This document shows, one piece after another, positions 8,783 through 18,229 of a stretch of 64,000 bases of DNA. Position numbers and translations under genes: made by a program. Below the pieces are notes generated by a model. That model had not been told where the DNA came from. It made no database searches and worked only from the letters and a program-made list of their open reading frames with translations. The DNA comes from a virus, in the IMG/VR virus record IMGVR_UViG_3300028920_000045, positions 32,001-96,000 of that record, one strand, 5' to 3'. Each line of letters begins with the position of its first letter. The stretch's first letter is position 1.

Positions 8783-11170
8783 ATGGCGCAACGTCGTTTT
8801 GGCCCGACCCTCGGCCCGGGGACCGTCGTGATCGAATCCGAGGGGCAGAAGCAGATCTCCCCCTCCCAGCTCGGGACGACCTGTCACGTCGGGGTCTACC
8901 AGAAGGGGAAGGTCGGAGAGGTGATCGAGTGTCTCCGTCGAGGGGACTTCGATACCAAGTGCGGAGGCCGTATCCCGGACTCGACGGCTCCGGACGCGGG
9001 GCAGGACTTCTTCTCCCTGGCAGGGGGAGCCGGGGAACTCGACGTGATCCGGGTGACCGACGGCGACGAACTGTCGGCCGAACGGACCTTCTACACCCGA
9101 CACGACGACGCGGACCCCGGGGCGGGGTCCTTCCTCAACGGTGCCGTCCCGTCCCTCAAGGTGACCGCCCACTCCCCCGGCCGGTGGGCCGGGACCGACT
9201 TCCTGTACGACCAGGAGGTCGCGGACACGGACGTCACGGCGACCACGGTGGACCTCGGTCTCCCGGCCGGGACCCTCGGGGTCGACCAGCTCAAGGGCGC
9301 GGTCATGACCGTCGAGGACATCGCCGGGAAGTCCTACGTCTGCACGGGGAACGACGACGCGGGCCTCTGCTCCTTCGAGAGCCACAACGACATCGCCTCC
9401 GACTGGCCGTCGGGGTCCCCGTCGGTGGTCTTCCTCTGGCTCAACGGGTCCGCGAAGAACGTGTCCGTCGTCTTCGGGAACGGGGTCGAGAACCCGACGA
9501 CCGAGTTCTCGATGGTCGTGTACGAGGACGGCGACGAGGTCCGGACGTACGAGAACCTCTCGATGGACCCGACCTCGGGTCGGTACGTGGAGAACGTGGT
9601 CAACAACGACGGGCTCAACTTCTGGGTCGAGGTCGAGGTCCAGTGGACCGGAGGCGTGACCGCCCTCGCCCGTCCGACGAATTGCTGGAGGGGTGAGTCG
9701 ACCGCCCTCACCGACCCGTCGGACTCCGACCCCGACCTCCTCACGGCCGAGGTGACCGCCGTCTCGTACGACGCGGGCAACACGGGAGACGGGACCGGTT
9801 CGGTCACCTCCTTCACCGACGAGTACCTGGAGGACGAACTCGTCTTCGAGTGTACGACCCTCGGTGGAGACGCCGTCGGCAAGTTCAAGGTCACTTCTTC
9901 GATCTATGGGACGAGCGCAGACGACATCGTGACCTCGGGGACGGAGTACGTGACCGGGACCCGAGGGGTCGGCGTGACCCTGGTCGGTGGTCTGACCGAC
10001 TGGGCCGTGGGCGACAAAGTCACGGTCAAGGTCTACCGGCTCGCCACCGACGACGAGCTGGTCGGCGGGTACCTGTATCCGGACGTCGACGGGAACCCGA
10101 ACGACTCCTTCCGGATCATCGGGAACTCGGGCAACACGATCCGGGTCGCCGTCGGGTCCGACCTCGGGTCGGTCGCCACGGTCGGGGACACCTTCTCCGT
10201 CGAGGCTCCCCAGCGACTCCAGGGAGGGGCCGACGGGATCGGTGGTCTCAAGAGCAACCTCACCCCCTTCGTCGTGGCCTTCGACACGGCGACCTCCCCG
10301 ATCAACGACCTCCGGGGGAAGGGGAAGGGTCTGGTCAAGATCGCAACCCCCGGTCTCTCGAAGTGGGCCGAGGACAACGCAATCGGCTCCCTGGGGGTCC
10401 TGGTCCACAAGGCCGGTCTCTCCTACGCGGAGTCCCGGGCCTACCAGTACCGGGTCGAGGTCCCGCCCGCGACGACCGGCGAGACCGCCGCCGACACGTA
10501 CGTCAACTCGACCGTCGGGAAAAACGACTTCGGTGTCGTCTCCTTCCCGTCGTACTGCTACGTCCTCGACCCGGACTCGACGGACGGAGCCCTCAAGGTC
10601 CTCCCCATGACCGGCATGATCCACGGTCGGGAGGCCGGGGTCGCCCGCAACTACAACGGGTATCACAAGGCGGCGGCGGGTATCGAGGTCACCCTCCCCC
10701 GGGTCCTCAAGCTGACCACGGGCAACACGGTGCTTAACGAGGAGTACCTCAACCCGCGCGGTCTCAACGTGATCAAGAAGGTCGCGGGGAACTTCGTCCT
10801 CTGGGGCGACCGGACCATCGCCTCCGACCCGACCTGGAAGTGGAAGCACCAGAGGGAGCAGATGTCCCATTACATCCTCTCCCTCCTGGAGTCCTTCGAC
10901 TGGATCATCTGGGCGCTCAACGACGAGACGACCTGGCAGCTCGCGTACGCCGCACTCTATTCCTTCTTCCTCCCGGAGTGGAACAAGAGGGCTCTGCGTG
11001 GTGACAACTTCGAGGACGCCTGCTCGATCAAGGTCGACAAGGACATCAACACGGATGCGTCGATGGCCCAGGGCGACCTCAACGCGCAGGTCTCCCTCCG
11101 TCTCGCGGACGTCGTCGAGCGCATGATCATCACGCTCGGGAAGAAGGGGATCTTCGAGGAGGCCGCGTAG
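8783..11170 (+). CDS. contractile tail sheath protein
   Basis: LQGGADG, HKAAAG, LNPRGLNVIK...LWGDRT and NDETTW C-terminal sheath domain. Confidence 0.95.
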   Translation: MAQRRFGPTLGPGTVVIESEGQKQISPSQLGTTCHVGVYQKGKVGEVIECLRRGDFDTKCGGRIPDSTAPDAGQDFFSLAGGAGELDVIRVTDGDELSAERTFYTRHDDADPGAGSFLNGAVPSLKVTAHSPGRWAGTDFLYDQEVADTDVTATTVDLGLPAGTLGVDQLKGAVMTVEDIAGKSYVCTGNDDAGLCSFESHNDIASDWPSGSPSVVFLWLNGSAKNVSVVFGNGVENPTTEFSMVVYEDGDEVRTYENLSMDPTSGRYVENVVNNDGLNFWVEVEVQWTGGVTALARPTNCWRGESTALTDPSDSDPDLLTAEVTAVSYDAGNTGDGTGSVTSFTDEYLEDELVFECTTLGGDAVGKFKVTSSIYGTSADDIVTSGTEYVTGTRGVGVTLVGGLTDWAVGDKVTVKVYRLATDDELVGGYLYPDVDGNPNDSFRIIGNSGNTIRVAVGSDLGSVATVGDTFSVEAPQRLQGGADGIGGLKSNLTPFVVAFDTATSPINDLRGKGKGLVKIATPGLSKWAEDNAIGSLGVLVHKAGLSYAESRAYQYRVEVPPATTGETAADTYVNSTVGKNDFGVVSFPSYCYVLDPDSTDGALKVLPMTGMIHGREAGVARNYNGYHKAAAGIEVTLPRVLKLTTGNTVLNEEYLNPRGLNVIKKVAGNFVLWGDRTIASDPTWKWKHQREQMSHYILSLLESFDWIIWALNDETTWQLAYAALYSFFLPEWNKRALRGDNFEDACSIKVDKDINTDASMAQGDLNAQVSLRLADVVERMIITLGKKGIFEEAA

Positions 11171-11241
11171 ACGGTCGACTCGTTCTCGGATCGTAACCAG
11201 GACCCGAGGAGAAGAGGGTCCGAAGGAGAAGGAGAAGGAAG

Positions 11242-11550
11242 ATGGCGAGCGGTGGCAATCGACTCATGACCGGTGCGTTCTACGGGACGGGTGCGGAGCT
11301 GACCGTCGAGGTCGGGTTCAAGCCGAAGTACGTCCGCCTCCTCAACGTGAGCGGCAACGCCCAGGCCGAGCACGTCAAGGACATGGCCGACGCCTCGGCG
11401 CAGAAGGTCGTCGACTCCGGTGCCGGTGCGACCGACATCTCGACGATCACGTCGGGCGGGATCACCCTGGAGGACTCCGGGTTCAAGCTCGGGGCCGACA
11501 CCGACCTCAACGTCGCCGGTGAGCTGGTGCGTTGGCTGGCGTGGGACTAG
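11242..11550 (+). CDS. small beta-rich virion protein (possible tail decoration)
   Basis: YGTGAELTVEVGFKPKYV motif; strong purine-rich SD; sits between sheath and tube. Confidence 0.65.
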   Translation: MASGGNRLMTGAFYGTGAELTVEVGFKPKYVRLLNVSGNAQAEHVKDMADASAQKVVDSGAGATDISTITSGGITLEDSGFKLGADTDLNVAGELVRWLAWD

Positions 11551-11600
11551 ACCAGGTCAGTCGACCCGGTTCCTAGACCACCCGAGGAAGGAGACAGAGG

Positions 11601-12050
11601 ATGATCGGCAAGGCTTCCCTGGCACCGGATCACATTCCGGTCTCGAAGTACGACCTCCTCGTCGTCGGCATCCCGATCCCCCTGCCCTTCACGGCGATCA
11701 GTGGGATCGAGGAGGAGATCGAGAACGTGGAACTCCCGGATCGGACCACCGCCACGGGTGGTCGGTCCCGGCCCGTGGAGTTCACGGTCACCCTCCCGAT
11801 GCACGAAGACGCGGCTTACCTGGCGATGGAAGAGTGGTATCTGGAGGGCAAGGACCGGGTCGCCCCGACGTACAAGCGTCCCGCGACCCTCCTGGTCCAC
11901 CACCTCTCGAATCCCGTCCCCAGGTCGTTCCTCCTGATCGGCTGCTGGTGCTCCCGTCGTGGTCTGCCCGAACTCGCGGCCGACAACGATGGCGAGATGG
12001 CGACGGTGGAGTACACGATCCGGGCCGACTCGATCAGCCCGGGGACCTAG
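11601..12050 (+). CDS. tail tube protein (T4 gp19-like)
   Basis: 149 aa; FTAISGIEEEIE...EEWY...PELAADN...VEYTI pattern; follows the sheath. Confidence 0.85.
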   Translation: MIGKASLAPDHIPVSKYDLLVVGIPIPLPFTAISGIEEEIENVELPDRTTATGGRSRPVEFTVTLPMHEDAAYLAMEEWYLEGKDRVAPTYKRPATLLVHHLSNPVPRSFLLIGCWCSRRGLPELAADNDGEMATVEYTIRADSISPGT

Positions 12051-12134
12051 TCCTCGACGTCGTCGACGTGGTCGACGGTGACGGTCAACCCTACAACCGC
12101 CGCCTCGTGAGGGTGGCCGACTTGGGGGTACCAA

Positions 12135-12938
12135 GTGGAAACGAAGACGCTCAAGGACCAGGGGTACAACCTCCCCCTCGGTCTTCTCAAGGACGGTTCT
12201 CTCCGCAAGCCCTTCACGTTCAAGCCGTACACGATGGCCGAGGACAAGGCCATCGCCCGACGGATCGACTCGTTCGGTGACGGAGCACCGGAGTCGGTCA
12301 AGGTCTCCTTCGTCCTGTCCCAGCTCCTGATCAACCTCGGGGGCGAGGACGTCTCCGAACTGGAGCAGGGGAAGAGGGACCTCAAGGTCTTCGGACTCGG
12401 GTTCGGGGACATCATGTACGCTTACCTCATGGCCCGGGTCGAGAGTCTCGGTCCGGAGGTGAGGTTCCCCTCGGTCTGTCCGTGGTGCGAGCAGGCCTTC
12501 ACCTTTGACGGTGACCTCCTCTCGGTCGAGGTCCTCACGACGGAAGACCCGACGGAGCTGACCAAGGTCGTCGACCTGTCGGTCCCGTGGAAGGTCCGAG
12601 GGATCAGTGCGACGAGGGTTCTCCTCCGTCCGACGCCCTGGGGGATCTGTCACGGGAAGTCGGTCACCCCGGCCGAGTTCCAGGCGCAAATGTACCAGGG
12701 GGCGATCATCGGGGTCGACGACAAGGACCCCGGGTCCGAAGATCCGATCACCGAGATCGCCATGTCGCCCCTCGACATCGACACCCTCCCGAAGAGACTG
12801 GTCAACGAACTCGACGGGGCGGTCAACGATCTCAACGGTGGTCCTCGACTCCGACTCACGACGAAGTGTCCTCACGACGGATGCGGTCGTCCCGTGACTC
12901 GTCCTCTGCCCTGGGGGTTTGACTCTTTTTTCGGATGA
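12135..12938 (+). CDS. tail assembly chaperone (gp26-like, two CPxC-type motifs)
   Basis: Between tube and tape measure; CPWC and CPHDGC; ends DSFFG. Confidence 0.8.
   Translation: METKTLKDQGYNLPLGLLKDGSLRKPFTFKPYTMAEDKAIARRIDSFGDGAPESVKVSFVLSQLLINLGGEDVSELEQGKRDLKVFGLGFGDIMYAYLMARVESLGPEVRFPSVCPWCEQAFTFDGDLLSVEVLTTEDPTELTKVVDLSVPWKVRGISATRVLLRPTPWGICHGKSVTPAEFQAQMYQGAIIGVDDKDPGSEDPITEIAMSPLDIDTLPKRLVNELDGAVNDLNGGPRLRLTTKCPHDGCGRPVTRPLPWGFDSFFG
12926..12932 (+). promoter_or_regulatory. -1 programmed ribosomal frameshift slippery heptamer T TTT TTC
   Basis: In-frame X XXY YYZ heptamer one codon before the stop; the -1 frame is open into 12935-13141. Confidence 0.75.
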
Positions 12939-13141
12939 TGCGTCCGGGCCTCGGTCTGGACCTGGGGGAGCTGTGCGAGCTGACGTTCAAACTCGCTTTC
13001 CACTCCCAGGGCGGGATCGGTGCCTCGTACGTCGACACCCTTCCGGTGCGGGAGGTCCTCCTCTACCTCAAGAGCCTGGTCCGACAGCAGGAGAGGGAGG
13101 AGAAGTACCTCCGGACGATCATGAGGCGACGAGAGGTGTGA
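12935..13141 (+). CDS. tail assembly chaperone C-terminal extension (lambda gpT-like)
   Basis: In the -1 frame of the upstream gene; DTLPVREVLLYL helix; precedes the tape measure gene. Confidence 0.75.
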   Translation: MMRPGLGLDLGELCELTFKLAFHSQGGIGASYVDTLPVREVLLYLKSLVRQQEREEKYLRTIMRRREV

Positions 13142-13142
13142 C

Positions 13143-15668
13143 GTGGCGACAGAGCTAGGACTCTTCGCAAAGCTCAACTTCCAGGGCGACCAGGCCGTCC
13201 AGGGAATGAAGAGGTCGTCGTCTGCCTTCGCTGGTCTCCGGAAGTCGGCCAAGGGAGCCCAGACCGCCGCCCAGGGTCTCCGTCAATCCTTGACCCCCGT
13301 TGCTATCGGTTCTGCCGCCGTCGCCGGGGCGACGGCCCTGGCCGTCCGAGGTGCGGTCGAGTTCCAGACCGGACTCGCCAAGGTCAACACTCTCCTCGGT
13401 CCTGCCGGTGACGGACTGGAAGATTACGGGATCGGGTTGATCCAGCTCGGGGCCGACTTTGGGAAGACGACCTCGGACGTGTCCGAGGGTCTCTTCCAGG
13501 CGATCTCGGCCGGTGTCGAGACGACGAAGGTTATGGACTTTATGTCCGTGGCCCAGAAAGCCGCCGCCGCAGGTTTCACCGAGACTCGGACCGCCGTCGA
13601 CGGTCTGACCAATATCATGAATGCGTACGGGAAGACCTCGGACGAGGCCCTCTCGATCTCGGACTCGATCTTTATCGCTAACAAACTGGGCAAGACCACC
13701 TTTGAGGAGATCGCCCGGACCATCGGTCGGGTTGCGTCCCAGGCATCGGCGTCGAATATCAGTCTCAACGAACTCCTCTCCGTCGTCGTCTCGGTCACGA
13801 AGGGAGGCATCCGGACATCGGAGGTCATGTCCGGACTCAAGGCCGCTCTCGCCAACGTCGGGAAGCCGACCAAGGACGCGAAGGACGAAGCGGCCCGACT
13901 CGGGATCAAGTTCAATACCGCCGCTCTCCAGGCCAAGGGGTTCGCCGGGTTCCTCGCGGACGTCCAGAGGGCGACCGGTGGGGACATTAAGTCTCTGCAA
14001 AAACTCTTCGGGTCCGTCGAGGCCGTCAACGTGGTCACTCGGCTCACGTCAAAGGCCGGGTTTAACGATCTCAAGGTCTCTCTCGCCGCGATGGAATCCG
14101 GAGCGGGGACGACCGAGGAGGCCTTCCAGAAGGTCGCCCAGACGACCGGGTTCCAGCTCCAGAGGATGTCGTCGGCACTCAAGTCGACCGGAGCGGCGTT
14201 CGGTGCCTTCGCCCTCCCCCTCCTGACCGGTCCGTTCTCTCGGGTCTCGGACCACCTCAAGGACGCGGCCGTCGCCTTTCAGATCTATTCGACCGACGTG
14301 GACAAGAGAACCCCGAAGATGCGAGAGCAGCTCGAAGGGATGTCGACCTCGGTCAAGGAATTCGCAGAGGGTATCCGCGAGGGTGTCTCCTCGGTCAAGG
14401 CCGGGTTCGCCACGGTCCGAGGTGTACTCGGTGACGTGGCCGGTGTCTTCGGATTCGAGGGGTCGTCGAGAGAGATGGGGAAACTCGTCGTCCAGGTCGC
14501 GGCAATCGCACCCGCGATTCTCGCCGCTGTCGGAGCCCTCAAGGTCCTCGGGATGGGTTTCGGTGTCGTGGCGGGTCTGGCGAAGACGGCCGTCGGAACG
14601 ACCCAGATGCTCGCCCCCGCCGCCCGACTCGGAGGTCGAGGTCTTCGAGGTCTCGGTCGACTCCTCGGTCGAGGTGCGAGTCGACTCTTCGGTGGTCGGG
14701 TGATCGGTGGTATCGGAGAGGCCGCGACCGCCGCCGCTTCCACGGTCACTCGACAGGGTACTCCGGTCTGGGTCACGAACGTCTCGGAGTTCGGGTCCGT
14801 GGTCGGAGGTGGAGTCGGAGACGCCCTCCTCGGGAAGACCGGAGCCACGGGTCTCGGTGCGGCCAGTGCGAAAGCTGCCGCCGCAGGAGGTCTCGGTTTC
14901 GGGAGCAAGCTGGCGATGGCGGCTGGACCTCTCGCCCTCCTCACAACCGGACTCGTTCTCTTCGGGAAGGCCGTCGGGGACTCGATCAACCTGATCGGTG
15001 ATTATGAGGGACTCGCGGCGAGGTCTCCTCTCCGGAAGATGATCGCGGACGAACGGAAAGCGGCCAAGGAACGAGCCGACCAGCAGAAGGCCGAGAAACA
15101 GAAGGAGGCCCGACTCAACCGAGAACTCTTCGGGGGGCAGACGACCCTGGAGACCCTCAAGGTCGGACAGACTCTCGGAGGTCGATTCGAGGAGACGGCA
15201 CGTCAACAGCTCCGGTCACAGGCCGAGAAGCTGGCCGCGACGGGAGACGTCTCCAATACGGCGAAGGTCCTCCGGGCGATGGACCTCCCGTTCATCATGA
15301 AAGAGACAGCGGCCGGTCTCCCCGAGATCAGTCTCGCAAAAAAGGAGATGGCTCAACTCGACCAGCTCCGGAACCGGATCGAGAGAGGGAAGACCCTGAC
15401 CGATACCCAGGAGGATCAGCTCGTCCGACTGGGGCAGATGGAAAAGTACCTCTCCGACATCTCCCGAATCCTCGGGGTGACCGTGGCCGGTCAGCGATTC
15501 GAGGCGAGCCTCCAGGTCAACCTCGACGGTCGTGAGATCGCCCAGGCCCTCGTCGAGAGGAACCTCACCGACCTCAAGGGTCGAGGTGAGTCTCCGTCCC
15601 CCGAGGACGAGAGGTTGATCCAGTTCACCGGGAACCCCGAACTCCGGAAGGCCAAGCCGAAGCCGTAG
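13143..15668 (+). CDS. tape measure protein (TP901-type core)
   Basis: Ala/Gly-rich helical protein; GLFQAISAG, LGKTTFEE, KLFGSVEA motifs; C-terminal LDGREIA. Confidence 0.93.
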   Translation: MATELGLFAKLNFQGDQAVQGMKRSSSAFAGLRKSAKGAQTAAQGLRQSLTPVAIGSAAVAGATALAVRGAVEFQTGLAKVNTLLGPAGDGLEDYGIGLIQLGADFGKTTSDVSEGLFQAISAGVETTKVMDFMSVAQKAAAAGFTETRTAVDGLTNIMNAYGKTSDEALSISDSIFIANKLGKTTFEEIARTIGRVASQASASNISLNELLSVVVSVTKGGIRTSEVMSGLKAALANVGKPTKDAKDEAARLGIKFNTAALQAKGFAGFLADVQRATGGDIKSLQKLFGSVEAVNVVTRLTSKAGFNDLKVSLAAMESGAGTTEEAFQKVAQTTGFQLQRMSSALKSTGAAFGAFALPLLTGPFSRVSDHLKDAAVAFQIYSTDVDKRTPKMREQLEGMSTSVKEFAEGIREGVSSVKAGFATVRGVLGDVAGVFGFEGSSREMGKLVVQVAAIAPAILAAVGALKVLGMGFGVVAGLAKTAVGTTQMLAPAARLGGRGLRGLGRLLGRGASRLFGGRVIGGIGEAATAAASTVTRQGTPVWVTNVSEFGSVVGGGVGDALLGKTGATGLGAASAKAAAAGGLGFGSKLAMAAGPLALLTTGLVLFGKAVGDSINLIGDYEGLAARSPLRKMIADERKAAKERADQQKAEKQKEARLNRELFGGQTTLETLKVGQTLGGRFEETARQQLRSQAEKLAATGDVSNTAKVLRAMDLPFIMKETAAGLPEISLAKKEMAQLDQLRNRIERGKTLTDTQEDQLVRLGQMEKYLSDISRILGVTVAGQRFEASLQVNLDGREIAQALVERNLTDLKGRGESPSPEDERLIQFTGNPELRKAKPKP

Positions 15669-15680
15669 AGGAGACGACGT

Positions 15681-16505
15681 ATGTTCTTCGGTATCACCTG
15701 GCGGCTCTGGAACTCGGACACTTGGGACGTCCTTGAGTCCGGGTACGAGATCGGTGGGGAGATCTCCGAGTCCTTCGGACCCACGTACATCGAGCATCAG
15801 GGCGTGGGGATGGACGCCCCGATCCAGCAGTGGGTCAGTGGGAAACAGAAGACGATCAACCTCGACCTCTTCTTCTTCGCGGAGTTCTTCACCGAGGATA
15901 TTATCGACCTCGTCGAGAAGCTCAAGTCGTGGACCGAGAGGGACAAGTTCCTCAAGCCCCCTCGTCCTCCTCGTCTCCTCTTCGATTACGGTGAGGCCTT
16001 CCTGGTCCCCTGCAAGCTAGACGCCGTCGGAGGTCTCCGGTGGGAAGGTGGACTTCGGTACGACGGGACCCCGAGGATTGCCAGGGTCCCGGTCGTCCTC
16101 CGTCGGTGGGTCGACGACATACAGTACGAGACCACCGACCCGACACGTCCCCCGTCCTCGACGGTGTACCATGAGGTCGCCCAGGGCGAGACCTTCGAGC
16201 ACGTCGCCGCGAGACGGTACGGCTCCGAGAACGCCCTCCTCGGGGTCCTGCTCCGACAGGACAACCCGGACAAGGTCGACCTCCGAATCGGTGACGTGAT
16301 CGAGATCCCCGACCTCGACAAGATCTCCCCTCGGTTGATCCAGGGGTCCTCTCCGATCTTCTCGGGAACCGAGGACGCCGAGGAAGCCCTGTCCGAGTAC
16401 TGGGACCTTCGGTCCGGTGCGTCGTCGACCAGTCTCCCAGTCCTCGATCCTCCGACCGACCTGGGAGAGATCGAGTTCTCGGCTCTCTTCACCGTGACGG
16501 AGTGA
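15681..16505 (+). CDS. tube initiator / baseplate protein with LysM domain
   Basis: Follows the tape measure gene; YHEVAQGETFEHVAARRYG...NP...LRIGDVIEIP LysM motif. Confidence 0.8.
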   Translation: MFFGITWRLWNSDTWDVLESGYEIGGEISESFGPTYIEHQGVGMDAPIQQWVSGKQKTINLDLFFFAEFFTEDIIDLVEKLKSWTERDKFLKPPRPPRLLFDYGEAFLVPCKLDAVGGLRWEGGLRYDGTPRIARVPVVLRRWVDDIQYETTDPTRPPSSTVYHEVAQGETFEHVAARRYGSENALLGVLLRQDNPDKVDLRIGDVIEIPDLDKISPRLIQGSSPIFSGTEDAEEALSEYWDLRSGASSTSLPVLDPPTDLGEIEFSALFTVTE

Positions 16506-16509
16506 GACC

Positions 16510-17007
16510 ATGCCGACGTTTGCGACCGTCGTACTCGAAGTCCTGGACGGGTCGACCTGGAGGTCGGCCGTTCCCCAGGACATCGACTTCGGTGAGGTCG
16601 ACGCGGGAACGACCTCGTCCGTCCTCGACCTCCGAGTCCGGAACTGGAGCGACGACGACAGGACCGGGGTCGGGTTCTACCTGGCACCCGAGACCGCCCC
16701 GCTCATGATCGAGGACCGAGTGGTCCTCCTCGACTGGGGTGACGTGAACCAAGGTCTCCAGATCCAGCAGAAGACCGGACCCGGTCCGGGAGACTGGGGG
16801 TCGTGGTCCTCGTTCAAGACCGGGGTCGGAGACTCCGAGGAGGACCTGGTCCTCTTGTCGAAGGACGGAGTCGACCCCGCCCAGTCCGAAGACGGAGACC
16901 TCCCCGCCATCCTCTCCGGTCAGTTCCGGATCAGGATCGACGTCCCCTCGTTCGCACCGTCCAGGTCGAGACGGTACAAGCCGAGACTCAAGGTGAAGTA
17001 CGCATGA
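16510..17007 (+). CDS. hypothetical baseplate-region protein (Ig-like)
   Basis: IDFGEVDAG...LRVRN beta pattern; stop overlaps the next start. Confidence 0.6.
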   Translation: MPTFATVVLEVLDGSTWRSAVPQDIDFGEVDAGTTSSVLDLRVRNWSDDDRTGVGFYLAPETAPLMIEDRVVLLDWGDVNQGLQIQQKTGPGPGDWGSWSSFKTGVGDSEEDLVLLSKDGVDPAQSEDGDLPAILSGQFRIRIDVPSFAPSRSRRYKPRLKVKYA

Positions 17008-18227
17008 CCTCCTGGGACGTCCAGCTTCCTCCGTCCTTCTCTCTCGACGTGAACGGGACGAGAATCCAGGACGACGTCGGACGGATGGTCAAGTCCATCC
17101 GATACACCGACGCAACCGACGGAGCCGACGTCCTGGAACTCACCCTCGACGATCCGACCCTTTGGCTGGTCGACTCGAAGATCTTTGCCGAGGGGAACGT
17201 CGTCGATCTCTTCCTGGGGTACGGACACGTCAACCGGTTCGTCGGTCGGGTCCTGATCTGGGAACCGCCCAGGGCGTCGGCTCCGAGGAACGGTCGACCG
17301 TCGACGACAGTGATCGGACACAGCGCGACCCGCTGGCTAATGGAGTCCTCGAAGAAGAAGAAGGGGCGTCGTATCGGCTCGGCCGAGACGAGGACGTCGG
17401 CCGCGAATCGAGAAGCGGACCAGGAGACCGTCGGGATCATCGCCTGGGACTATGGGTTCAAAGCCCAAGCCGACCGGACACAGCAGAAGAGAAAGGCGAT
17501 CAAGAGGAAGGGCAAGTCGGACTGGCAGCTCCTCAAGGACATGGCTCGACTCAACGGGTTCCGAGTCTGGTGCGAGTGGATTCCGGAGAACCTCGCCGGT
17601 CAGTGGAACCTCTGTTTCCTCAAGCCGGGGAACCAGCCCCGTCGACCCCGGGATCTTCGACCTGGTCAGTACGAGTTTTTCTGGGGAGTCGACGAGACGA
17701 CCCAGAACAACCGACTCCTCGACTGGTCCGCGTCGTTCTCGACCCAGGCCGGGGCGTCCGAGGTCGAGGTTCTCCGGTACGACCGGAAGACGTACTCCTA
17801 TGCCCGGTATATCGCCCGTCTTGAGCAGAAGGGTCGGTCGCACCTCTTCTACGGTCCGAAGGGGAACGAACTCTCGAAGGAGGAGATCACCACGGGATCA
17901 AGGGTTCTCTTTACAGCCTTCGGTCGGCAGCTCCACGTAATCCGAGACCGACCCTTTGCGAACGACGCGGAGGCCCTGGAGTACGCCCGGTCCTGGCTCG
18001 GCAGGAACTCCCTCTCCTTCATTCACCTCCAGGGAACGGTACCCGGCCTTCCGGATCTCCGGAAGTACACGAAACAGAAGATCACGGGAGTCCCGGCGAG
18101 ACTCGCGGGGGAGTACGAGTTCTTCGACATCGTACACGAACTCAACGAAGGGTCCGGGTATACGTGTCGATTCTCCGCGAGACGAGCCGAGGACATCGGA
18201 CTCGATATGTCCGCGTTTAGGGTGTAG
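17004..18227 (+). CDS. baseplate hub (late control D / gp27-like)
   Basis: LFLGYG, KSDWQLLKDMARLNGF, GTVPGLPDL, HELNEGSGYTCRF. Confidence 0.85.
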   Translation: MTSWDVQLPPSFSLDVNGTRIQDDVGRMVKSIRYTDATDGADVLELTLDDPTLWLVDSKIFAEGNVVDLFLGYGHVNRFVGRVLIWEPPRASAPRNGRPSTTVIGHSATRWLMESSKKKKGRRIGSAETRTSAANREADQETVGIIAWDYGFKAQADRTQQKRKAIKRKGKSDWQLLKDMARLNGFRVWCEWIPENLAGQWNLCFLKPGNQPRRPRDLRPGQYEFFWGVDETTQNNRLLDWSASFSTQAGASEVEVLRYDRKTYSYARYIARLEQKGRSHLFYGPKGNELSKEEITTGSRVLFTAFGRQLHVIRDRPFANDAEALEYARSWLGRNSLSFIHLQGTVPGLPDLRKYTKQKITGVPARLAGEYEFFDIVHELNEGSGYTCRFSARRAEDIGLDMSAFRV

Positions 18228-18229
18228 CT

